Assembly (NCBI GenBank): GCA_046160825.1
Contig: JBJXHC010000037.1
Span: forward strand, 4,799-68,798
DNA length: 64,000 nucleotides
Direction of reading: 5' to 3'
Source: Bacteroidota bacterium
GTDB taxonomy: Bacteria > Bacteroidota > Ignavibacteria > UBA10030 > UBA6906
Both the position numbers and the translations under genes were made by a program. This document shows, piece by piece, positions 18,221-26,648 of this stretch. The notes under the pieces are model-generated. The model did no database searches, was not told the DNA's origin, and worked only from the letters and a program-made list of their open reading frames with translations. Position 1 is the stretch's first letter; each line of letters opens with the position of its first letter.

Positions 18221-19345
18221 ATGCGCGGACTCTGCCCAATCCACCCCTCTCTTCCTAAGAGAGGGGCCGGGCCTGCACGCCGGAGGGCGTTATGGCCCGC
18301 AGGCGGGGGAGAGTTTGCGGGGACATCTACAATGAGCCTTTCCCGGAATTCTCATCTGATGCATCTCGCCCGGGAAGTGTGTCGTGAGCTTCGCAAGAAC
18401 CAGACCCACGCCGAGCAAATCATGTGGGGTGGCCTCAGAGCAAATCGATTCCGGGAAAAGAATTTTCTCCGTCAACATCCAATCTTCGTAGATGCGAATG
18501 GTAGAGAGACATTCTACGTTGCTGATTTCTATTGCCACGAGCATCGTCTCGCCATTGAGCTTGATGGCCGGATCCATGAGCGCACCAAGGAACGCGATGA
18601 AGTAAGAACAATGGTCATCAACGATCAAGGCATTGAGGTTCTTCGTTTCAGAAATGAAGAAGTGGAGAAGGATTTCAATGGTGTTCTTGAGCGCCTTGCA
18701 GAAAAACTAAATTTGCCGCCACGGAAAGACCAGAACTCTCCCCTCACCCCCGCCTGCCTCAACGAAAACTCGGAGGCGGGCAGGCCTCCCTTAGAAGGGG
18801 AGGGGGATGTTGGGCTTGTGAACAATGTACCAACCTCCCCTCTCTTCCCAAGAGAGGGGCAGGGGGAGAGTTTCTTATCCACCATCTGGTCCGCACTCGC
18901 CAAGATCCAGGATCCGGAAATCCCCGTTCTCTCTCTTGTGGAAATGAAAATCATCCGCAGTGTAACGGTGACGAATGGCGAAGTGTCGGTCGTGATGTCG
19001 CCGACGTTCGTCGGGTGTCCGGCGCTGGACCATATGAAGGAGGAGATCCACGAGCGACTCAGGAATCTCGGTTGTGAGAAAGTGAAAATCGCCATGACGT
19101 TTTCGCCGCCATGGTCAACCGATATGTTGGACGAAGCGACCCGGGAAAAATTGCGCGTCTATGGTATCGCACCTCCGCCGAAATTCGATCCGGTACTCGT
19201 CGACAGTTTGAATATAACTGCTCACTGCCCCTTCTGCGGTTCCGGGCAGACCCGTATGCAAAGTCCATTCGGTGCAACGCTCTGCAAGCAAATGTATGTG
19301 TGCGAAAACTGCCGGCAGCCGTTTGAGCGCTTCAAGCCGGTATGA
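18221..19345 (+). CDS. paaD: In-frame fusion ORF: DUF559 (Vsr-like endonuclease fold) domain followed by 1,2-phenylacetyl-CoA epoxidase subunit D
   Basis: Residues ~38-165 are DUF559 ('MSLSRNSHLMHLAREVCRELRKNQTHAEQIMW...FYVADFYCHEHRLAIELDGRIHER...GIEVLRFRNEEV'). Residues ~205-374 are PaaD ('IWSALAKIQDPEIPVLSLVEMKII...FVGCPALDHM...CPFCGS...CENCRQPFERFK'). An in-frame GTG at 18818 could also initiate a stand-alone PaaD. Confidence 0.7.
   Translation: MRGLCPIHPSLPKRGAGPARRRALWPAGGGEFAGTSTMSLSRNSHLMHLAREVCRELRKNQTHAEQIMWGGLRANRFREKNFLRQHPIFVDANGRETFYVADFYCHEHRLAIELDGRIHERTKERDEVRTMVINDQGIEVLRFRNEEVEKDFNGVLERLAEKLNLPPRKDQNSPLTPACLNENSEAGRPPLEGEGDVGLVNNVPTSPLFPREGQGESFLSTIWSALAKIQDPEIPVLSLVEMKIIRSVTVTNGEVSVVMSPTFVGCPALDHMKEEIHERLRNLGCEKVKIAMTFSPPWSTDMLDEATREKLRVYGIAPPPKFDPVLVDSLNITAHCPFCGSGQTRMQSPFGATLCKQMYVCENCRQPFERFKPV
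18244..18316. repeat. Hairpin repeat copy 1 (CCCCTCTC-TTCCTAA-GAGAGGGG ... GGGGGAGAGTTT) upstream of the DUF559 domain
   Basis: Perfect 8-bp inverted repeat at 18244-18266. Motif GGGGGAGAGTTT at 18305-18316. A near-identical copy lies at 18837-18873. Confidence 0.6.
18837..18873. repeat. Hairpin repeat copy 2 (CCCCTCTC-TTCCCAA-GAGAGGGG CA GGGGGAGAGTTT) between the DUF559 domain and the PaaD domain
   Basis: Same 8-bp stem and 7-nt loop (one loop substitution) as copy 1, immediately followed by GGGGGAGAGTTT. Further imperfect hairpins lie just upstream at 18747-18783 and 18788-18806. Confidence 0.6.
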
Positions 19346-19397
19346 TGCGAACCTCAAAGATTCACCCACTGATCTCCCCAAAAACGTCCGGGACAAC

Positions 19398-20045
19398 ATG
19401 AACCCAATCCGACTGATCCATTTTGCATTTGGCGCACTTGTCTTCTTTGCTGCGGCTGGCGTCGCGCAGAAGAAGAACGACAAGACCCCACAGATCACCG
19501 CTGCCGATGTTGTTGGAACATGGTGGGTGAAGCACGACCTCGGAAGTATGGACGGCTACCAGATGGAGTCTGACGGTACACTACAACTTGTCAACCACTA
19601 CGTATGGTTTGGCAAAACGTGGGAACTGAAGAAGGATACCTTGACGTGGGTGATGTATGCAGAAGGCCATGAACCGGAAACAGCGCGCTATATCATCTCC
19701 GAGTTTTCACATTCCTCATTTATGCTCACCCCGCTTAGCAAAAACGCCGGAGGCGAAAAACTCTTTGTCCACCAGCATACCGGCAGAACCGAAGCTGATT
19801 CCTGGACAGGTCGGTGGACTGGTAACAAGGGTGCGTTCATGGACATCATTCCACAACGCGACGGATTCAAGATCGTTATCATCCGGGAAGGTGGTAAAAA
19901 AGGCGATGAATACAAGGGGATTGTGGACGGCAGCCGCATAATAATCAAAGGAATGAAGAACGAGGAGTATATCACCGCCGGTGTTGATCGTGACAAACGT
20001 AAGACTCTCAAAATAACGTCTGCGGGAGAATTCCACCGAGAGTGA
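19398..20045 (+). CDS. Secreted hypothetical protein
   Basis: Start taken at ATG 19398 ('MNPIRLIHFAFGALVFFAAAGVAQ', signal peptide). The track ORF begins inside paaD. No domain recognised. Confidence 0.55.
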   Translation: MNPIRLIHFAFGALVFFAAAGVAQKKNDKTPQITAADVVGTWWVKHDLGSMDGYQMESDGTLQLVNHYVWFGKTWELKKDTLTWVMYAEGHEPETARYIISEFSHSSFMLTPLSKNAGGEKLFVHQHTGRTEADSWTGRWTGNKGAFMDIIPQRDGFKIVIIREGGKKGDEYKGIVDGSRIIIKGMKNEEYITAGVDRDKRKTLKITSAGEFHRE

Positions 20046-20084
20046 TGCCCGGAAGTCCGCTAACTCCCGGGCATTGCTCATTCC

Positions 20085-20978
20085 TTATTTCGTATCCAGT
20101 ATTAGCGGCAGTCCATCCTTGCCCGCACCGATGATAATTACTTTTGTGTTCGGTGATTGCGCAATCTTCTCCGTTGCTTCAATTCCCTTCCATCGGAGTA
20201 ACTGCTCGCTGATTCCTCGTGCGACAATGTTTTGGAAATCAGAAATACCCTGGGCCTCGATGCGCTTTCGATCGGCCTCCTGTTTTTCCTTCGTGAGAAT
20301 GAACTCCATCCGCTGGCTTTCCTGATCCGCTTTCTGCTTCTGCTCGATTGCTTCGGTGAGTTGAGTTGGCAGTGCGACGTTTCGTATCGGTGTGGTTTCG
20401 ATGATTACGCCGCGATTGCCGACCATTTTCGCAAGCTCTTCCTGAATTGACTGGCCGAGGCGCTCGCGTTCTGTTGAGTACAGTGCGCTGGCCTGAAAGC
20501 TCGCCGCAACAGCACGACTGATGGAGCGAAACTGTGGGACGAGAATAATGTTTTCATAGTCGCCGCCGGCAACCGTCTGGTAGACACGAGCCGCAGAATC
20601 AGGGTTGAGCCTGTAGAGGACACTGATCTCCAATCCGATGGTGAGACCTTCACGCGAGAGCACCTGCATTTGTTCCTTGTGTTCTTTCGTTTGGATCGAG
20701 TACTTGACCACCTTTGCCATGGGATTCACCGGATTAACGCCCGGTGCATACGTGCGGGTCTCTACGACACCCAGAAAGTCGGCTATACCAACATGGCCAG
20801 CCGGGACAATAGTAAACGCTTGTGTCGCGGCAATTGCAGCAAAGAGAACAGCAAGTGCCCCCGCCAGCAGACTTGAAGAGCGGAACATTGGATTCCGCTC
20901 CACCTGGAATTTCTTCCGGGCGGCATTCCAGGCAACGATGCTGATGAGGGCCGCTATGAGACTGAGAATGAATACCAT
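20085..20978 (-). CDS. SPFH/band-7 (prohibitin/HflK-like) membrane protein
   Basis: N-terminal TM 'MVFILSLIAALISIVAWNAA'. SPFH core 'QVLSREGLTIGLEISVLYRLNPDSAARVYQTVAGGDYENIIL'. C-terminal coiled-coil rich in E/K/Q. Confidence 0.8.
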   Translation of the reverse strand: MVFILSLIAALISIVAWNAARKKFQVERNPMFRSSSLLAGALAVLFAAIAATQAFTIVPAGHVGIADFLGVVETRTYAPGVNPVNPMAKVVKYSIQTKEHKEQMQVLSREGLTIGLEISVLYRLNPDSAARVYQTVAGGDYENIILVPQFRSISRAVAASFQASALYSTERERLGQSIQEELAKMVGNRGVIIETTPIRNVALPTQLTEAIEQKQKADQESQRMEFILTKEKQEADRKRIEAQGISDFQNIVARGISEQLLRWKGIEATEKIAQSPNTKVIIIGAGKDGLPLILDTK

Positions 20979-21018
20979 GACGTTCTCCTATATGTTAAAT
21001 GATGTTGAAAACTATGAG

Positions 21019-22260
21019 TCAATTCGCGCCTACCGATGCTCGCTCAGTATTCTTTCCGCGGTCGGTATCCGCAACAAGAAGCAAACAATTTCCGATTGCC
21101 CGTTCGCCGGTGGGGTCCGATGGTGAATTCACCACCCGTCCATTGATGACGAGCGTTGTCGATCCTCCGCCGTCGAGGTTGAGTCCTTGATAAATGCCGA
21201 GACGTATCATCAAATCAGCGAACTCGGAAAGAGACATCCCGACAGTTCGTTGCTGCCTGCCGTCAACGGTGATGAAATAGAGCGTGGTGCTATCACTTGA
21301 GAATCCCACCCCGGATCGGGGGTGTCGCTTTGAGAATATCGTTGCGCGCGGATCCTCTGGAAAATCCGATTGCTTGAACACATTCTTTCCATTCCGCACG
21401 ATTCTCGGCCAACCACCGACGAGCTCCTTCAATGGTCCGGAGTCCGGTAGCATAGCAAGAACAATGCGGAGCGAGTCTTCGTTCGATTGTGTGGAAAGTA
21501 TTTCACCGCCGTATTCGGTCAATACGAGTCCACCCTCCGGGATGATACCGCCTTCGGGCGAGATCGAATTTTCTATTGATGTGCAGATCATCGTGTCACC
21601 GGCAGTGCGCGCAATTCGCACTGTAAGCTCACTCGTTTTTGTCAGACCATCAGGGACGGGCGTTTGTTTGCCAAAGTATCGGTTGTACAGCACAACGCCC
21701 CCGCGTCGTGGAATAATATTCACCCCCGCCAGTGCAATGGACAATCCGGCACGGCCAAGCACACTTCCATCAAACATGAATTGCTCGATTAGTGGTCGGC
21801 CATCATGTGTGACGGCAAATTGGGAATTGGGGATATCGACAAATTCCGGTCGATGTCCGCGTGATCGGAATGCTTTTACAAATGATCCGCCAACAATGTG
21901 GTTGTTCTGAGCTTCCCCCGTACCCGGATTGAAATAATCACCATTGATGGCTACAGCGACATACTGGTCTGCATTACTCTTACGGATGGCGATAGAGCTT
22001 ACGGTTTCTCTGCCGAACAGTCGATCCTCAGCACACGCGCTCTCAATCCGTAATTCCGGATGCCCCACATTGATCTCGACGACATGAATACTCCACGGCC
22101 CATCACGGTCAACAATAGTGCGATGAATAACCCCTGGCCGGATGACTTCAACACTGCTGCCACCGCGCGCAGGAAGCGGCTGTGTGGCAAGCCATCCCGC
22201 CCAGCAGAAGCAAAGGATAACGAGCAGTGAGTGTATTATACGATTGAGGGCTCGAGTCAT
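21019..22260 (-). CDS. Secreted phosphodiester glycosidase family protein (DUF2233/NAGPA-like)
   Basis: Signal peptide. 'VAINGDYFNPGTGEAQNNHIVGGSF' and 'GLNLDGGGSTTLVINGRVVNSPSDP' are typical of the phosphodiester glycosidase domain. Confidence 0.7.
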   Translation of the reverse strand: MTRALNRIIHSLLVILCFCWAGWLATQPLPARGGSSVEVIRPGVIHRTIVDRDGPWSIHVVEINVGHPELRIESACAEDRLFGRETVSSIAIRKSNADQYVAVAINGDYFNPGTGEAQNNHIVGGSFVKAFRSRGHRPEFVDIPNSQFAVTHDGRPLIEQFMFDGSVLGRAGLSIALAGVNIIPRRGGVVLYNRYFGKQTPVPDGLTKTSELTVRIARTAGDTMICTSIENSISPEGGIIPEGGLVLTEYGGEILSTQSNEDSLRIVLAMLPDSGPLKELVGGWPRIVRNGKNVFKQSDFPEDPRATIFSKRHPRSGVGFSSDSTTLYFITVDGRQQRTVGMSLSEFADLMIRLGIYQGLNLDGGGSTTLVINGRVVNSPSDPTGERAIGNCLLLVADTDRGKNTERASVGAN

Positions 22261-22362
22261 GCGGACAACATAATATCAGATAATAACTTAGCCAAGACGG
22301 CAGGGAAAAGCAAGTGTTCAGCCGTACCCCTGCCCGGTCTTTGTATCACGACAGAAAGACAA

Positions 22363-22385
22363 AACCCGGATGAGTTGTCCGGGTT
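22363..22385 (-). terminator. Rho-independent terminator for the M2 peptidase gene
   Basis: Perfect 8-bp stem AACCCGGA/TCCGGGTT with a 7-nt loop. On the minus strand it is followed by TTTTGTCTTTCTG. Lies 26 nt downstream of the stop at 22411-22413. Confidence 0.6.
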
Positions 22386-22410
22386 TGATGAGCAGCGATC
22401 CGGCAAGAGA

Positions 22411-23580
22411 TTACAGTTCCGTCAACGTATGCGTGCGTCCCTTGTTTGCCGTTTTCAAATATTCCATCAATGGTTGATAATACTCGAGCATTGCTCGAGC
22501 ACTGAGGCCTTCTCCCGTCTTTTCCTTCAGCACAACTCTCCAGTCTCTGCTCGCACCCGGACGCATGATGCTTTGCAGAAACGCTCCGACCTCTTTGTTG
22601 CCGGAGTAGTTGCAGTTGTTGGGATCCTGCTTGAGAATATTCTTTGCGATATGGCCGTGGAGTTGAAACTTCAGTATGCATGAAAGCGCGTAGTCATAGT
22701 ATTGTGCCGCATCGTCGTTGACGTATGTTTTGGTCGCGGCATCGCAGTACTCCACGCCCCGTGCCGTCGGCGGAACGACCCCCTGATACTTTTGCACGTA
22801 TTCCCACCAGCGCGCGTTGTATTGATCTTTCGGGAGGTTCTGTTCATACAAGTCGTGCTCGAAATGCGACATCGTACCGGTCGAGAAGGGGATGAAGACA
22901 AGGGAACGGCTGGAGAGCGCGTCGTTCAACAACCATTGCACCTGATCGATCTTCACGTCAGTTGAGAGCAAGCCAAGCTCCTCAAGGTATGCGCGCTGGG
23001 ACGAAGCAAGGTCCATCAGATCACCCATGCCCTCGTGGTAACTCCGGTTCGCTCCTTCACGAAGGACCAGCGGGACATCGGGCATCGAGTATTCGATGTA
23101 GTAATAAATATGACCCAGCTCGTGATGCGTTGTGCCGAACCAATCAGCGTTCGGGATAACACTCATCAGCGAACGGTAATCATCCTGTAGATCCAGATGC
23201 CAGGCAGATGCATAATTATTTTTCTTGCGGGGAGTGCCCACTGGAACCGGGTAAAGGTCCGATTTCTCCCAGAAATTCTGCTTCATGGCAGGAAAGCCGA
23301 TGCTCACATAGAACTTCTCGGCCTGTTGCACGATCCACTCCGCCGATTTGTCTTTGAAGAGTGCATCCAGATCGACCGCCCTGATAATGCCCGGCCAGTT
23401 TTGGCCCCAGCGGTTTGATGTCCAATGTGCCGGAAGCATTTCTGGAACAGGCTGATTGTATCGCTTTGCCAATTCATAGCGAGCCCATGTGTGAAGTTCG
23501 ATACACAGTGGCCGCAGTTCACGCACAAGTTGATCCATCAACGCCATCATCTCCTGTGTCGTCATGCCGTAATCGGCCAC
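22411..23580 (-). CDS. M2-family (angiotensin-converting-enzyme-like) zinc peptidase, N-terminally truncated (catalytic half only)
   Basis: 'TTHHELGHIYYYIEYS' matches the ACE HHEMGHIQY zinc motif. 'EGANRSYHEGMGD' holds the third Zn ligand. The C-terminal 'YNARWWEYVQKYQGVVPP...' aligns to the ACE C-terminus. The ORF is only 389 aa (bacterial and animal M2 peptidases are ~600 aa). Only ~137 bp separate its start from the next gene. Confidence 0.6.
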   Translation of the reverse strand: MADYGMTTQEMMALMDQLVRELRPLCIELHTWARYELAKRYNQPVPEMLPAHWTSNRWGQNWPGIIRAVDLDALFKDKSAEWIVQQAEKFYVSIGFPAMKQNFWEKSDLYPVPVGTPRKKNNYASAWHLDLQDDYRSLMSVIPNADWFGTTHHELGHIYYYIEYSMPDVPLVLREGANRSYHEGMGDLMDLASSQRAYLEELGLLSTDVKIDQVQWLLNDALSSRSLVFIPFSTGTMSHFEHDLYEQNLPKDQYNARWWEYVQKYQGVVPPTARGVEYCDAATKTYVNDDAAQYYDYALSCILKFQLHGHIAKNILKQDPNNCNYSGNKEVGAFLQSIMRPGASRDWRVVLKEKTGEGLSARAMLEYYQPLMEYLKTANKGRTHTLTEL

Positions 23581-23717
23581 CTGGAATAAACTCCTATGTG
23601 AAACGGTTGATTGACAATCGGGATGGAGTTGAAAGCGTGAACATGGTACGGAAGGGGTAAGGGAAATGCAAGAAACCTAAAGGGAGCCCGGTGATGCCGG
23701 GCCCCCAAACAAGAACA

Positions 23718-25103
23718 TTATCCAATCACTTTCCCATACGGTGCAACCTGTTTCTGAATCTTCTTCTTGTCACCCGCAATGACAATCAGCATCTCCTCAT
23801 CACGAATGTACTTTGCAGTCAAGTCGCGCACCTGTTCTGGCGTGACAGAATAAATCGTCTTGACGTAGTCGGTCAGATAACTGTCGGGCAAGCCGTGAAG
23901 TTGCAGGAACGATAACTGGTTGATGATCCCCGCGGCAGACGAATTCTGCAGCACGAACACACCGGCCAGATAATTCTGGATTCCTTTCAGTTCCTCGGCG
24001 GTCGGGGCCTCCTTTTGCAGGCGGTCGATCTCGAAGAATATTTCCTTCAGGGAGGGACCGGTAACATCCGTTGTAACGCTGGCGAACTGCACCCAGTACG
24101 CATCCCGGTAACGCGACGAGATTGAGCTGTTGGGTGAATATGTATACCCCTTGTCTTCACGGATATTGGAAGTGATGCGCGAGCCGAATGATCCACCAAG
24201 AAGCGCGTTGGTCACGGTCAGCGCGCGGTAATCAGGATCGGATGGATTGATTGTCGGCAGACCAATGTACACCGTGGACTGCGGTGCGCCGGGCCGGTCG
24301 ATGAGATGGATTTCCTTCTTCGATAGTGGCTTTGGGATATTGGCCGCAGGTTCCGGTCCATGCTTCCAGGCGCCGAATGCCTTGCGGATCGCATCTTCCA
24401 TCTTTGTAGCATCGAACTTTCCGGCAACATAGACGTGGGTTCGCGCCGCGCCGAAATTACTCTCATAAAATCCGCGCACGTATTGTATTGTGTACGACTC
24501 AAGCATGGTCTCCGTGGGATAGAGTCTGCCATACGGGTGGTCGCCGTACATCAGTGTGCGGAACTTCTCCAGCGCAATTGAGTTCGGATCGGTCTTCTCG
24601 ATGCTGAGTTGACGCATGCGGTCGTTCTTCAGGCGCGCCAGTTCTGATTCCGGGAAGCTGGGATTGCATAGAATATCGGCAATGAGAGCAACCATTTCCG
24701 GCCCGAATTCCGAAAGCACGTCGCCGTCAATATTTGTCTGGTCTGGCCCAACGGCAATGGAAACACTGCCACCGAGTTTAGCCGCGTCTTTAGCAATCTG
24801 CTTTGCGTTGCGGGTCGTTGTTCCTTCCTTCATCAGGTCGCCCATAATGTCAGCGAGCCAGACTTCGTTCGGTGCTTCATGCACGTTGCCTGTATTCACA
24901 ACGGCGCGGATGGCAGCCTTTGGAAGAGTGCCGTATTGGACGAGCACAACAGTCAGCCCGTTATCAAGTGTGAATGTGGATTTTGCCGGGAGCGTAAAGT
25001 CCTTGGGCGTTGAACCTTCCGGCGGCGTTTGCTTCTGGGCGATTGCCGCACCGGCAACAAACAGCGCGAGAACGAGCGTGCCGAGAATGTGTTTAGTTCG
25101 CAT
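23718..25103 (-). CDS. M16-family peptidase, non-catalytic (HxxEH-less) subunit
   Basis: Signal peptide. M16 fold features ('NGLTVVLVQYGTLPKAAIRAVVNTGNVHE') but no HxxEH motif. 11-nt overlap with the upstream catalytic M16 gene. Confidence 0.8.
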   Translation of the reverse strand: MRTKHILGTLVLALFVAGAAIAQKQTPPEGSTPKDFTLPAKSTFTLDNGLTVVLVQYGTLPKAAIRAVVNTGNVHEAPNEVWLADIMGDLMKEGTTTRNAKQIAKDAAKLGGSVSIAVGPDQTNIDGDVLSEFGPEMVALIADILCNPSFPESELARLKNDRMRQLSIEKTDPNSIALEKFRTLMYGDHPYGRLYPTETMLESYTIQYVRGFYESNFGAARTHVYVAGKFDATKMEDAIRKAFGAWKHGPEPAANIPKPLSKKEIHLIDRPGAPQSTVYIGLPTINPSDPDYRALTVTNALLGGSFGSRITSNIREDKGYTYSPNSSISSRYRDAYWVQFASVTTDVTGPSLKEIFFEIDRLQKEAPTAEELKGIQNYLAGVFVLQNSSAAGIINQLSFLQLHGLPDSYLTDYVKTIYSVTPEQVRDLTAKYIRDEEMLIVIAGDKKKIQKQVAPYGKVIG

Positions 25104-26490
25104 ACTTGCGCTCCTCTTTGCTTAAGACCTTGGTTGGATTGACAGTCAGGATCGTCTGGTTTGTCCGGCGAAGATACTCCTGCGCCGTCTTCTGAATTAA
25201 TTCCGGCGTCACCTTGTTGATCATTTCTTCAATGGTGTTAATCCGGGCTGGATCGTCATCGAACAAAGCGAACGACGCGAGCAAGTCGGCACGACCGAAG
25301 CCGAAGGTACTGTTCACCTCGTTATAAAAAGCAGAGCGGAATTTTATCTTCGCACGTTCCAATGCCTCTTTGTCAACAGGTGTGGTCCGAAGCTTTTCAA
25401 TCACTCCTTCCATGACGTTCCTGATCGAGTCGGCGGGAGTGGTGTTATCATGGAAGAGATAGCCCATCCACAACATGGGACCGTTGTAGTTGAACATGTT
25501 GCCCAGTAGGTTGATACCCCCATCGACGGAACTGGAATAGCCCCGCTCCTGAACGAGCGCTTCGCGCAACATGCTGTCGTCTCCCTGTAATAGGAGTTGA
25601 TCGATCACCCCCATTGCAAAATACTCCGGTGTGTTTCGCTCAGGCATGTGATACGCGAAGGAAAGCGCCGGCTGACTTGCAAGTGAATCGTCCTTGCTGA
25701 ATTGTTTCGGCTGTTCCTGGCGCGGCTCACTCAGGTCGGGTTTCTGCGGCTGCTCCACGGATGGAATGGCGGCAAAGTATTTTTCGATTAACTGTTTGGC
25801 GTCTGCCGTTTCAAAATCACCGACGACAACAAGTACGGCATTGTTCGGTGAGTAATATGTTTTGAAGAATGATTGCACGTCTTCGAGTGTCGCAGCATCC
25901 AGGTCGGCAAGGTCGCCGTAGAAATTGTGAGCGTTGTACCAGTTGGTGTTCGCGTACTGTGGCATATCGAGCCACGGGAATCCGCCGTACGGCTGGTTGA
26001 GCACATTCACTTTTACCTCGTTCTTGACAACACCCTGCTGGTTCGTCAGGTTTGCCTGGGTAATGTCCAATCCCTTCATCCGGTCGGCTTCCGCCCAGAG
26101 AATGGTTTCCAGTTTGTGTGCCGGGACGATTTGAAAATAATTGGTAAAGTCGAACCGCGTCGAACCGTTGAGTACGCCGCCGTTCTTCTGGACAAGCTTG
26201 ATGAATTCCATCTTGCCGAGATTATCGGAACCCTGGAACATCATGTGCTCGAACAGGTGCGCAAAACCCGTCCGGTCCTTCGGCTCAATGCGGAAGCCGA
26301 TGTTGTAATAAACGGCAACCACGGCTGTCGGTGCTGTCTTGTCCGGGGAGAGGACAACCTTCAACCCGTTGGACAGTTTGTAGTATTCAACGGGCACTGT
26401 GTAACCCGTCGATTCTCCTTTAGGACTTGAGCAGGACAAGACTGCAAGCGCCAAACACCCAAGAATTGTTGGGAGGATGGGATTCCTCAT
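25093..26490 (-). CDS. M16-family zinc peptidase, catalytic subunit
   Basis: Signal peptide/lipobox ('LAVLSCSSP'). Inverted zinc motif HxxEH in 'GFAHLFEHMMFQGS'. Confidence 0.85.
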   Translation of the reverse strand: MRNPILPTILGCLALAVLSCSSPKGESTGYTVPVEYYKLSNGLKVVLSPDKTAPTAVVAVYYNIGFRIEPKDRTGFAHLFEHMMFQGSDNLGKMEFIKLVQKNGGVLNGSTRFDFTNYFQIVPAHKLETILWAEADRMKGLDITQANLTNQQGVVKNEVKVNVLNQPYGGFPWLDMPQYANTNWYNAHNFYGDLADLDAATLEDVQSFFKTYYSPNNAVLVVVGDFETADAKQLIEKYFAAIPSVEQPQKPDLSEPRQEQPKQFSKDDSLASQPALSFAYHMPERNTPEYFAMGVIDQLLLQGDDSMLREALVQERGYSSSVDGGINLLGNMFNYNGPMLWMGYLFHDNTTPADSIRNVMEGVIEKLRTTPVDKEALERAKIKFRSAFYNEVNSTFGFGRADLLASFALFDDDPARINTIEEMINKVTPELIQKTAQEYLRRTNQTILTVNPTKVLSKEERKYAN

Positions 26491-26648
26491 GAAAACCTCC
26501 GATGAGATGAATGGAATGAAGTGTGGACATCACCCGAACATGACCGACGTGAAGGAGGGAGGATATCACACCACCAGGGATAAAAATACTTCAACAGATA
26601 CGGAGGGGAAGGGTTTTTGTTGCGGAGTCAGTCCAGGATCCGGATGAC

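Noticed and set aside
22231-22683. 150-aa plus-strand ORF spanning the intergenic terminator and the 3' end of the M2 peptidase gene
   Set aside because: It overlaps a well-supported minus-strand gene and a terminator hairpin. No motifs.
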